Assembly (NCBI GenBank): GCA_964016885.1
Contig: OZ024743.1
Span: forward strand, 223,820,001-223,884,000
Direction of reading: 5' to 3'
Length of the DNA: 64,000 bases
Origin: Eledone cirrhosa
Lineage: Eukaryota
The position numbers were made by a program, and so were the translations under genes. Numbering within the stretch: the first letter of the stretch is position 1; each line of letters begins with the position of its first letter. Under the pieces are notes generated by a model. The model did not search any database. It saw nothing but the letters and a program-made list of their open reading frames with translations, and was not told where the DNA came from. Shown here piece by piece: positions 12,155 through 23,895 of the stretch.

Positions 12155-12734
12155 CCTACATTCCGCGGGCTCACATACATTCTCTGTGCGTGAATTGGCT
12201 CAGTTCAGCCAATCAGCGCCAGTAGAAGAGGATGTATCCCTACGCACCCTGAGGAAGAAATTCCCCGCGAGAATTTGAAGAATCACTCTCTTGTACCAGG
12301 AACTTCGAGCCAGCAACACGCATAATGTAACGGTGAGATTTTGCACCCCTAGCCTCGCCGGCTTAACGGCGCAATGGCACATTCCCTTTTGTTACCTCTT
12401 TTTATCTGTAACTTCAACCATATAAGTTAACAAACATTGTTTGTGCTACATCAAAAATAAACATACATTTCATCTCTAATTTCTGCTGTTGAAATCATTA
12501 TTATGTTACTCGTGTCTCAATAACATCTATAATCCATGCTGCTGGAATTGGCGACCTGACGAAAGGGATATTGTAAATACTAAGATGGTAAATAGATCGA
12601 GGGACCTTCCCTCACGTCTATGTCGACAAGATAATCCAACGAGGATACTATCACTTACCACACTGGTAACTAACGACCCTTCAATCATCTACCCTGTTAA
12701 AGTGGCGACCATTCTACTAATCATTTCTGCTAAA
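12147..12734 (+). repeat. 5' LTR
   Basis: Direct repeat of 14357-14944. Confidence 0.85.
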
Positions 12735-12735
12735 G

Positions 12736-12748
12736 TGGTGACCGACGT
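12736..12748 (+). promoter_or_regulatory. Primer-binding-site-like motif, resembling a tRNA-Trp PBS lacking two C
   Basis: TGGTGACCGACGT versus the tRNA-Trp complement TGGTGACCCCGACGT; one base after the LTR. Confidence 0.6.
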
Positions 12749-14356
12749 AAGAATTTAACGCAGCCCTTCTTTTTTATTCAGTTGAACTTTTATTGCCACG
12801 TTGCCAACCTTTTCGCAACTTGCGAAAATACAAAATATTCCTTTTAAGATTTTTGAAAAATTAGCAGTATTTCAAAAACTTTTCGCCACGAAGAAATTTC
12901 AAAATGGCTACCGACAAGTCCTGTCTACGATCAACAACGACAGCAGCAGCAGCGACAACATTGTTTAGCCACTGACCAAAACAGGGAATAGTGAGTGGCA
13001 GCTTCATAGCCTTACCGACGCAAACCACCACACATCGGAAATTTCAAAACGGCTTGTAACTTTACCGACGCAACCACCATACCTTCTGTCTCGTTACCAC
13101 AGGGACTCGAGAAATTGAGACAGTAGTTTTCTCACCATTATGGCGTCAGACGTGGCTGCCATGTTGGACTCTGGGTTCTTCAACGCTTGACTGCTACTCT
13201 ACAGAAGATTCATTGACTTTGCTTTAACAATAAAACCTTATGTCACACAAGGTGACAAGACGGTAGAATGGCCACGAAAACTCTCAAAAACACCATACAT
13301 CTAACCCCTAACGGCATGAACAAACTTCTTTTTCAGTTTTCAGATAGAACTAGTGTCTGGATACTGGTGATGTTTGAACTATTTGACTTTGAAAAACTTT
13401 GAACTTATTGAGCAATTTCTCTGCTCCCTGAGATTGACTTTGAATTATCAGTTTGTTACATTCACATATTTCTTTGTAGAATGCATTTACTTGTTTTGTG
13501 CTCTTTTGCTATTTGCTTGCTCATGGTTTTTGTTCATTCACATTCTTTGCTGTTTTACATGCCTGCATATGCACACATTTTTTTTATCACACACCAACAT
13601 GTTGTTCTTGGTATATGTTCTTCAAACGTAATATTCTGCGAGTCCCTTTGCACCTGGTTGAGGTGCTGTCACGTGCTAGCAGCTCACAGAGCTTAATCCA
13701 CTGGATTCAAACAGGCACCGCAACACGAGAATACTAATTGCAGCTGAACTCAAACAGCTTCGCATCTCGTTGCACACTGATCGTCCATGACGGCTATCCT
13801 TCTTGCTGTTTTTGCCCGACTCGCTGGGAAAGCAACAAATTGAACTGGACTTGTCAGCATTTCGGCCACTTCTGTGGATTCGCCCGAATTATGGAATTTA
13901 CACTGCAACCCACCTACAGATTAAACTTGCTTTTTTTTTCTTTACAAAGCAACCAGCCATTTTTTCCTGGCTCCACAGCACATTCGACAATACATCTGGG
14001 GGCCATCATTTTCTCGCCAGCACTGGTAAACTACCATAATAGCTTCGTTCACAGCTACTGGTACAACGCTTACCATTAACATTTAATGCAAGAACAGCAA
14101 CTTCGCCCATGTCAGACTTTATCTGTTTTCTGGTAGGCCCTTGGGGGTCTCGTTTAAACTACAAAACAGCTAGTCATTTGACAGCGGCTCAACACGGCCC
14201 GTCGCGCCTAATTTTTTTTGTTCTTGCATGAATCTTTCTGCTCAATTATTTTTTCACTGATGTGCTCTTTCAGCATTTGTTCTTGCTGATTCAATAATAT
14301 GTGGGTCCTTGGTTTCTTCGTTATCGATTTTCGGCTGAAAATCTGCTCGGAGGTGA

Positions 14357-14944
14357 TGTAGTGACCTACATTCCGCGGGCTCACATACATTCTCTGTGCG
14401 TGAATTGGCTCAGTTCAACCAATCAGCGCCAGTAGAAGAGGATGTATCCCTACGCGCCCTGAGGAAGAAATTCCCCGCGAGGATTTGAAGAATCACTCTC
14501 TTGTACCAGGAACTTCGAGCCAGCAACACGCATAATGTAACGGTGAGATTTTGCACCCCTAGCCTCGCCGGCTTAACGGCGCAATGGTACATTCCCTTTT
14601 GTAACCTCTTTTTATCTGTAACTTCAACCATATAAGTTAACAAACATTGTTTGTGCTACATCAAAAATAAACATACATTTCATCTCTAATTTCTGCTGTT
14701 GAAATCATTATTATGTTACTCGTGTCTCAATAACATCTATAATCCATGCTGCTGGAATTGGCGACCTGACGAAAGGGATATTGTAAATACTAAGATGGTA
14801 AATAGATCGAGGGACCTTCCCTCACGTCTATGTCGACAAGATAATCCAACGAGGATACTATCACTTACCACACTGGTAACTAACGACCCTTCAATCATCT
14901 ACCCTGTTAAAGTGGCGACCATTCTACTAATCATTTCTGCTAAA
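14357..14944 (+). repeat. 3' LTR
   Basis: Starts TGTAG after the purine tract; ends CTAAA before (TA)n. Confidence 0.85.
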
Positions 14945-14959
14945 TATATATATATATAT

Positions 14960-16395
14960 GGACAAGTATGACCCCGACGGCAGAGCTCACGCCGTTTCGA
15001 CGGCTAATTCTGGACTAAATAAGAATTTTTAGCCGACTTTGTAAGGGGTAACCTCTGCTTACAAAGGTAGACGTAACTTTTTTTTATATTTTTTTATCTT
15101 TTCCTCTATAGTTCCTTCTTCCCCCCATCTCTTCCAAGTCCTTACACCCCAGATCTCCTTTCTTGTCGTCTTTGTTTTTTTGTTTGCTTGTTTTTTGTTT
15201 GTTTTTTCAACTTTTCGCCCACCCCGATGCAGCCCTTCGGTCCTCTGTAGCCTCAGCACCCCTAACCCCCCTAATTTTAAGATAGAATTGGCCGATTACG
15301 CTTTTTATAGCAGATGTGTTAGACCCCAGATAATTGCTTTCTTTCTGGTTGCTGCTCCATTTCCGTGATTTCTAAATTTCTTAGTGGTATTTCTGCATTG
15401 GTATTCTTGTATTAGTATTTATTGTATTAGTATTCTGAATTAATATTTCGTATTAGTTTTTTAGTATGTTTGTCCTCAACTTATTAACCTGTCATTGTAA
15501 GATAGCATTGGCTGATTACTACTATCTATTGCAGTGGTGTTTGACACCTGTAAAGATGGCTTTATAAAATTTTTAGTGGTATTTTTGCTTTAGTATTCTT
15601 GGTAGTAGTATATATTAGCCTTCTGAATTAATAGTTCATATTAGATTTTTAGTATGTTTGTCCTCAACTTATTAACCTGTCATTGTAAGATAGCATTGGC
15701 TGATTACTACTAACTTTTGCAGTGGTGTCAGACCCCCTGTAAAGATGGCTTTATAAAGTGCTTTCACTACAATCCCGTTTTTAGCATTTTTCTCCAACTA
15801 TTAAACTTTTCTATCGCTTAACAATACCAATGAGAGATTTGGGGATTGTGGGGATGGAATAGTAACCAGAAATTGTTGCTTTTTAATATATATATTTTTT
15901 TTATATATTTATCTCCTCATTTTTATAATGGCTTGTCTGTTTACTCCCTTACCTATTTTTTCAACCCCCTCCTCCCCTTCTCTAGTACACTTTTTTCGAC
16001 CTTCTATACACTATCCTTAGAATCTGCTGTATAGATTTCACTTTCAACGCTTGACTGAGCTTCCCCCACCCCCTCTTTGTTCTACCGGCAAGTTCAGCTA
16101 CCCCTACCTTCCACTAAATGCCATGACAAATTTTTACAACAAATGCTTTACAACAAATTTTTGACAATCTTTTTGACAATTACTATCTTCCCATATATGG
16201 AATTACCCCCTGAGAAGTTCGGCTATTTATTTACCAGGCTAAAAATTCTTATTTAGTCCAGAATTAGCCGTCGAAACGGCTTGAGCTCCGCCGTCGGGGT
16301 CATACTTGTTCCTATTACCCACTCTACTACCTTAAGTATTGAGTACTTTGGTGCGTTATGGTCCATCTGGTTCCTTACCACATTTCCTTCGTTAT
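14960..16395. mobile_element. Non-coding element with inverted hammerhead-bearing termini (about 14961-15049 / 16204-16309), PLE-like
   Basis: The ends are reverse complements. Right end: acccc-CTGAGAA-..cggcta...tagccg..-GAAACggc-ttgagctcc-gccGTC-ggggt. Internal tandem duplication of about 190 bp (about 15375-15567 / 15570-15756). (TA)n on both sides. Confidence 0.7.
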
Positions 16396-16409
16396 ATATA
16401 TATATACGC

Positions 16410-16498
<89 letters not shown>

Positions 16499-17366
16499 TA
16501 GGAGACGAAGCAAGTCGAATAGAACGGACATAGCTTCGGTCGTTTTCTCACTCACTCAATGATCAACTATGTTCGTATTATTAGAATTCAAACCCACCTG
16601 GCGCGATTGCTCACTTTCGTTAATCAGTGAGGAAGACAACTTCGTGTGGGTAATATGTTACGGACGAGTAAGATGTTCAAGAAAAACGAGACAGAGATGC
16701 AAAAACACCAAGTCTGTCAATATTGACTTATCTGTGTCCAGAATCTTTAGCTTAGTCAGTTGGCGGGTGTTTAATCCTGATGTGACACTTAAGTCTCGCC
16801 AAAGACTTCCAAACAAGGCCACGTAGGTGCAAGAATATGGGTTACGAGACAAGGTAGCTAGCTGGTGTTAATATCGATGCTTTCGTCCTCGCTCTTGCCT
16901 CTCTCAGCTGCTGGAGAAATCACCTTCGCCTCTAATTCCTGCCAGTGGGTTTGTTGCTGGTTGATGCTGTGTGGAATTGATTGTCAAGCTGAAGGACTAC
17001 CGCACTGATGATTTGTTTAAATTAATAAAGGCTTGTGTAGGACTGGTCGCACTTTTTGTTTCTGCTAATATAAAAGGATGGGTGCCCATATGTGCCACAG
17101 GATCCCTTTAACAACAGTTTTCATGTTTCATTGTCACGGAGTTTAACTTTGATATGCATATTCATATGTACATACCGTTGACGTTTATGAGTTACTCCAT
17201 TCTTTGACGGGTTTTGTTTTTCATTTCGTAGGATGGCCCCAAAATCGACCTCCTCATCAAGCAGAGTTAGCGGGGTTGCTGATTTAGACACCAACGATTT
17301 TACCATACAACAGGATAGACTGTTAATAGTCGCACTCTAGAGCAGCATTACACACACACACACACA

Positions 17367-17428
<62 letters not shown>

Positions 17429-17765
17429 ATTACCTGGAGAGAGATGGGTTTTGTCAGATTTAAAACGCCCAAGACACAGTGACTCTACGACACCATCAGG
17501 TGTTATGAGTCTATACATAATATAGATATACATATATATATATACACGCTCCACATATAGATATACAGTATACACACGCTCCACATGTGTATGCGTGTGT
17601 ATACTGTGGGATTTTGCATTACACAGATTAGACTAAACGAAACAGCATGGCTGTGGAGGTAATATTTCCTGTTACTATAACGTGTTTATCCATGATGGTT
17701 ATCAGTACTTGCTCGCTGATTAGTTGAATTGAACAGGATAGCATGTTTGTGTCTGTATATATATA

Positions 17766-17815
<50 letters not shown>

Positions 17816-19417
17816 AGTGTGTTTGTGTGTATATATATGTGTGTGTGCGTGAGTGTGTGTGTGCGCGTGCGTGCGCGTGTGTATGTATGTATATATGTAT
17901 GGAGGAGAAAGAAAGAGAGAGAGAGAGAGAGTGTGTGAGACCCAAATCTTATCAATTATGCAAACATATTTTTAGAACTTTGTGATTCGCAAAAATCATG
18001 TAATCAACACCCTCCCTCTCCCCCTCCTCACGTAGTGTCACTATATTTTTCTCTTTTTCTTTTTCCTTTTATTTTTTTTTTGGCTTGCCCATCACATATC
18101 CATGATTTCATACAAACATCCACAAAGAATTACTCAGTAACCAATTACTGTCCCCTGAAACCTCTCAGATTTCCTAGAATTCGTATATCAATTACATCCC
18201 CTATGTCACGGGAGACTGCGAAACATTGAAGTATTGTATCATTCACAACACTAGTTAACACAGTGATAAATACAGATGCAACACAGTGATAAATACCTTA
18301 TTTAAATGAGTGTTGTTAGAGATTTTATTTTATTACTCTCTTTCAGTCCCGAGTTCGAGTCCTGCTATGGTAGACATTATTTTTTATATTTGATTTCTAA
18401 CATGGACCCAGATCACAATTGGCAGGTCACTGTGTGAGACATCTTGAAGAAACAGTCCGAAACCTGGTGTCATGGCAGCCAATACATTGGCGAATTAATC
18501 ATAGGAGGTAAACTATTAACATACTTTATTAACATACTTCAAAAAGCCGCACATTGAGGACTGTATCATAGACCTGCCAACCTCTAAAACCCAAATGGAG
18601 AGTACCATGAAAAAAGGTGAGGTAAAATGAGGCAAAATAGGAAGATTTTACATAATGAAAGCTATACCCATTTTCACAAGAGAAGACATCTCTCACCCAT
18701 CTCAAAGTGAGTAGGAGATCTCCCCATCGGACCGAGATAGTTAACGGGTCTAGTGTCAAAATTCCGAACAATAATAATAGAAGGAGACATCTGGCAAGAG
18801 TGTGTATCTCTGGTTAGATCGGAAAATCGACTGAGATGAAATGAGACGAAAGTTGAATAATTGATTGGTACTTTACATGATTGACACTTGATGATTTGAA
18901 TCGAAAACGTAAAATATTTTGAACAACGCTCAAAGATTTCGGCTAGTTCACCTTTTTCATTATTACCAGTTTTACTGGATTAGTTTGATGGACTAATATC
19001 TGCTTCTCTTGGAAAATGTGACCTTTTGCTCAATTAAAAGAAATCATTGTTTAATTCCTAATATAAAGCATGACATTTTATTAAAGTGAAAGAAATGAGA
19101 TTATGTGAGGATAATACATTTTTTAAGAATAGGGCATATCAATGTAAAGGGAATTGAAATGTCTACGAACAGGAACAGAAAGAGGCGATACGCCCAGTTA
19201 CCAGTAAAACTTGGTATAACTTAGAGCTTCCATCATAAGACAGAATGTAATACTCGTTTCTGTGATACAAAACAATACATTTTGAAGAGCAATCGATTAT
19301 ATTGATCTCAGTACTCAATTGTTAATTATTTTATAAACCTGTGAAGGAAAACAAAGACCAGGTCAACATTGGTGGGAGGTTGAACATATAAATAGCCTAA
19401 CTAAATGGAGCTTTCTG

Positions 19418-19720
19418 TAACCCTTTTGATACAAAACTGCCAGAAACCGCTCCTCGTTCTATGATACATACTGTTTGTTTTAAATATTTATATCTATCTA
19501 AAAACATTTCATCATAACCTTATGTAAGAACCTTTAATTTATATTCCAAGCATCAATCAAATAATGATTTTTACTATAGGCACAAAGCCAGCAATTTGGG
19601 AGAGGGGAAAGTCGATTAAATCGACCCCAGTGCAAACTGGTACTTTATTTTTCCGAATTCTTGATAATTTTCAAAACCATAGGCAGTCTTTCATTTGATA
19701 TATGATAAGGAAAAAGTTAA
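19418..19720. mobile_element. Degenerate piggyBac-like MITE interrupted by a SINE fragment; related copy at about 20109-20330
   Basis: Ends taaccctttt...aaaaagttaa. Internal blocks (tgataca.a.actg, ttatgtaagaac, ataggcagt) are shared with 20109-20330. Confidence 0.4.
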
Positions 19721-21002
19721 GGCAGGATATGATATCATTCTTTTCATGCACAGATACAAGAATTCAGATTTATAGGGGAATAGAAAACGAGAAGTTGCGA
19801 GGCCCATATCTTTTCCAATAGCAGAAATGAAAATGCAATGGCTTCAATGGGGGATTTTCTTCTTTTTTTTATGAGGGTACAATGTTAAGATTTGGAGGAC
19901 CTACAATTGATTGAATTATAGTATTGACAAAGGCCGCATCAGAGACACAGTCCAGCTCGAGAGGGTGTGAAATTAGAACATTACGTAAGAAAAAAGTATT
20001 TAATTTGGCGTTCAGTCAATTTTCTACTCCAAAGCTAGAATACTGTCTTTATTTTGACTGGGTACAGATTCCTTATATTTTAGGAAAGAGAACATTCGGC
20101 GTATAATTTTAGCCCTTTTTATACCAAATTGCTTCCCACTTTTCTGTGATACAAAACTGTCAGTTTTAAAGTGTTTTATTTATTCAAAATCCCTCCATCA
20201 TAATTTTATGTAAGAACTTTTGTTAAGTTATGTTGTATTATAAATCTCTCCTAATTCTTGATTATTTTCGAAATGATTAAACACTCATAGGCAGTGTCTT
20301 CCATTGGAAATATGATAATGAAAGTGTAAATGATCGAAGAATATTAATAAGTGGTATAAGGAGCGTGACATCAGCCGAGAACTGAAACCGTAATGTTGTT
20401 TCGTCAAGTAGAAAGTTTCATTTGTTGTTCTATGGCGCTCACTACACCTTTAGGATTTGCATTAAGTCACTTTTAGATTTGAAAGTGTTATTGTTTTTCA
20501 TACAGGACATTATTACCAACATGAAAATGAAGTGTATGACTGAGTGTTCAGTGCACGTGTATGTTTGTGTGTGCATGTATGAGTTTATGTGTAATACATG
20601 TATGTGTTTATATGTTGCACATGTGTGTGTGTTTATTTGCATTTTGTGATATGTATAATAGATATGCATATTCATATGTGTGTGTGTGTGTGTGTGTACT
20701 ATAAAACAGTCCATTAGATGAGTGAGGTGAGAGAATACGTTTGCATAATCTATAAGTTTGAAGCGCTACAGTCCAATGCAAACAATCAGATTGAATTAAG
20801 TAATAATCTGTTACATAGACTAGAAATACCAAACACTTTGCTCCTAATATCTATTCCCAAGAGACTAACAAATCTCATCGTATGTTTTAACGCTAGTTAG
20901 AGCCACCGCACGTATTTCGTTTGTATTAGCATTTAGTTGAGATTCTTCCTTGATTACAATATTAGATTCTATGGTAAAGGCACAATAATTCATATAGAAT
21001 GG

Positions 21003-21330
21003 AGCTCCGTCGGTTTCGATATTGACTGTTTCACTTCTTTAAACAATTGAACAATCTGCTCATGAAATTAACGTATATGTGGCTGAGTATTCCACAGACA
21101 CGTGTACCTTTAACGTAATTTTCAGTGTATGACAAGGCTGGTCCTTTGAAATAGAGCTACAGTCTATCCGACGGGCTTCCAAACTGTCTCCGTCGACCCA
21201 ATTTCGCTCAAAAGCCATAGGTCGACGCAAGAATTTGGCAGACAGCGCTTGCTCAAGAAGCCACGCAGGGCGATCGAACCTGGGACCTAATGACTGTGAA
21301 GCTAACTTCGTAACTAATCAGAGATCTATA
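21003..21330 (-). mobile_element. Degenerate SINE fragments
   Basis: 21003-21160 resembles the reverse complement of the 3' part of the SINE at 43734-44055. Confidence 0.5.
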
Positions 21331-21764
21331 AACATTACAACAATATTGGTTTCTTACATCAGCACAAGTCTTCAAGTTTTGAGAAAGGAAACAGACCATA
21401 TCAACCTATGTACTTGCCTAATACATTATTGTGGCATAGTACCAGCTCTTGGATATTTTGTCCGACGCTCAGACAGTTAAAGCACTTCAATGAGTTCCCA
21501 ACAAAAAAGATGAACAGACCTTCTTCAACACTTAATTTTTTAATTTTTAATTCTTTTTAATTGTAATATTTAATATTTGATAAGATGGATTACATCGAAA
21601 CCGGTTATATTTTATATTTTATATATGTTATATACTTTATAAAACTCCTTTTTTAAAATAAAAAGAAATTGTTCTCATGTTTTCAATAATGTCACTTTGA
21701 CGGATCAAAGAAAAAAACCCAGATTCTTTAAATACATTTCCGTGCTGTTTCCAATCCTACTTTC

Positions 21765-21825
<61 letters not shown>
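21765..21825. repeat. (TATC)n microsatellite, 5' flank of the Tx1 array
   Basis: Directly visible. Confidence 0.95.
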
Positions 21826-23671
21826 GCCATGCACAGCAGCCGCATCTGCTCTAGGGTCAAGGTGAACGGCTACCTCTCGGAGCCGTTCGAAATCGCGCGG
21901 TCCATCCGACAGGGGTGCCCTCTCTCCTCCCTTCTATATGTAATGACTCTAGAGCCACTGCTGCGGAAGTTGGAGTTGTTGCAGGGCATCCCGTTGGAAC
22001 CGGGATTGCGGAAAGCGGTGTCAGCCTACGCCGATGACGTAACAGTAATGGTGTCGACGGCCTCGGAAATCGGGGCGATCGGCACCTTACTGGAGGAGTA
22101 CGAAAGGTTTACAGGGGCTAAGCTGAACCGGGACAAGTCGATCGGTCTGCAACTCGGCACGTGGAGGGGCAGATCGATGCCCTCCGATGGCGTCGTCGGG
22201 CGCTGGACGGAGGGCCCGGTGAAGTTGCTCGGGGTCTGGTTCGGACCAGACCTCCAGGTGGAGAAGAACTGAGGTGAGGTGACGAACAGGGCGTTTGCAC
22301 TGACCCAGAAGTGGGCCGAGTGCAAACTGTCCCTGAAAGGTCGGGCGGAGGTGGCGAACACTTATATAGCGTCCGTCATCTACTACCGCCTGACCGTTGT
22401 GCCTTGCCCAAGGGAAACGCTCGCCAAAATGGAGCGCGCACTCTTCCAATTCCTTTGGAAGAAGCGGGCTCCTATGGTGAGGAGATCCATCTGCTGTCAA
22501 CACCCTTCGAAAGGAGGGCTGGGGATGCCGTGGCTAATGATACGTAAACACGCATTAAGGCTACGGCACCTTCAGGTATTCCTCTCCGATCAACCGGTGT
22601 GGGCCCCGTTTGTGAGGCGAGCCTTTCCCAGACTCATCTCACTCACCGAGCTGCAATCCTGGGTCAAGCAAAGACCGAGAAAACTGGGCGCCTGGCACAC
22701 CGAGTGTGCCCAGGCGCTCACGGCTCTCTGGCAGGCGGACCCGGCTGTCAGTGGAGAATCCACCTCGTCATTCTATAGAGGGCTGGTGGTTAGCAGGTGC
22801 GACGACGCCCTCGGAGAAGCTCTAGGCATGGAGGAAGACGAACTTGCCAACCTGTTCGGTAGGACATTCAGCCCGGGACCCACGGATAACCTCCAGAGGT
22901 CCCTGGCCTAGCAATGCTACAGAAGGGCTCTGCCCGTTCGAGAAAGGCTCTACAGACACGGGCGCCCGGGTAGTGACCCCTCGAAAAAGATCTGTCCCAG
23001 ATGCGTGTGCGACGAGGAAACCGTTGCACACGCATTGGTACACTTCTCGGGCGTAGCCGATCTGTGGGGCTATGTCGAACAACTGCTGTCAAGGGTGGGA
23101 CCGATCCGGTTGACCACCGAGTCTATTGTAACGATCAAGCCGCCCCCCTCTTCAAAAACGAAGGAGAGGCGGTGTTTCTGTGCGTAATAGCCATGGCGAA
23201 AGAGGTTGTATGGTGAACGCGTCTGAAAGGACTGAGGTCAGACACCTTTCTCTCTGGCCAACAACTGGTCCGTTTCTTCCGATATCATTTCGGAAGAAGG
23301 ATCAGGATGGAGAGAGAGGTGCTGCACCCCAGCCGTTTCTATGAAAGATGGGTGAAAGTGGCGAGAATGGCCCGTGTGAATGGGCCTTCACTCTACATCA
23401 GACTATAGGTGAGGAAGATGAAAGACCAAGGGAGCACACCTTCTCTGTGCTCCTGAGGAGAAGGGTTGCACACTTTTTTCGGGGGTGTGTGCGACCCCCC
23501 AAGGCGCCTCCTCTCTATTGAGGACTTTGTTATAAATTTTATTTTTTGTTATATTTTATTTTATTTTTATATATTGTTATTGCCTCCTCCTTATTGAGGA
23601 CGCCTTGTTTTGTAAACTCCCCCCATTGTACTTGTCCCACTTTTGATGCCCTGGTGGCAAATAAAAGAAAC
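21826..23671 (+). mobile_element. L1/Tx1-type LINE copy A, 5'-truncated
   Basis: Starts inside RT (RQGCPLS, AYADD), continues to the C-terminal CPRC...H region and 3' UTR, and ends AATAAAAGAAA + (TATC)n. Confidence 0.9.
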
Positions 23672-23672
23672 A

Positions 23673-23723
<51 letters not shown>

Positions 23724-23895
23724 TTATCTATCATAATTTAGCTGTCGTCTGTTCTTCAGCGTAGATGTAATTCACTTCGAGCAGAAGTTTTGTTCAAATT
23801 TATTGCGGAAATTTTGTAAGTTCAATTTTAATTTTGATACTATTGTGTAGCTTGACGCCTCGTCTGAACTGTCAGGCGGTGGGTCAGCTGATCTG

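Larger units (their letters stand above)
12147..14944 (+). mobile_element. Non-autonomous LTR retroelement inserted in (TA)n
   Basis: Direct repeats of 588 bp at 12147-12734 and 14357-14944 with about 5-6 differences by eye. PBS-like TGGTGACCGACGT at 12736, purine-rich GGAGGTGA before the 3' LTR, and a 1.6-kb interior with no recognisable pol. Confidence 0.85.

Noticed and set aside
16496-17069. Possible solo LTR
   Set aside because: AATAAA is present, but termini are not TG...CA and there is no second copy in the window.
18438-18475. TGAAGA...GAAACctggtGTC hammerhead-like string
   Set aside because: No stem II and only 3 bp of stem I.
21697-21825. N-terminal extension on the copy A RT ORF, suggesting a host fusion
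   Set aside because: Read-through of (TATC)n (SIYL repeats) from a TTG start.
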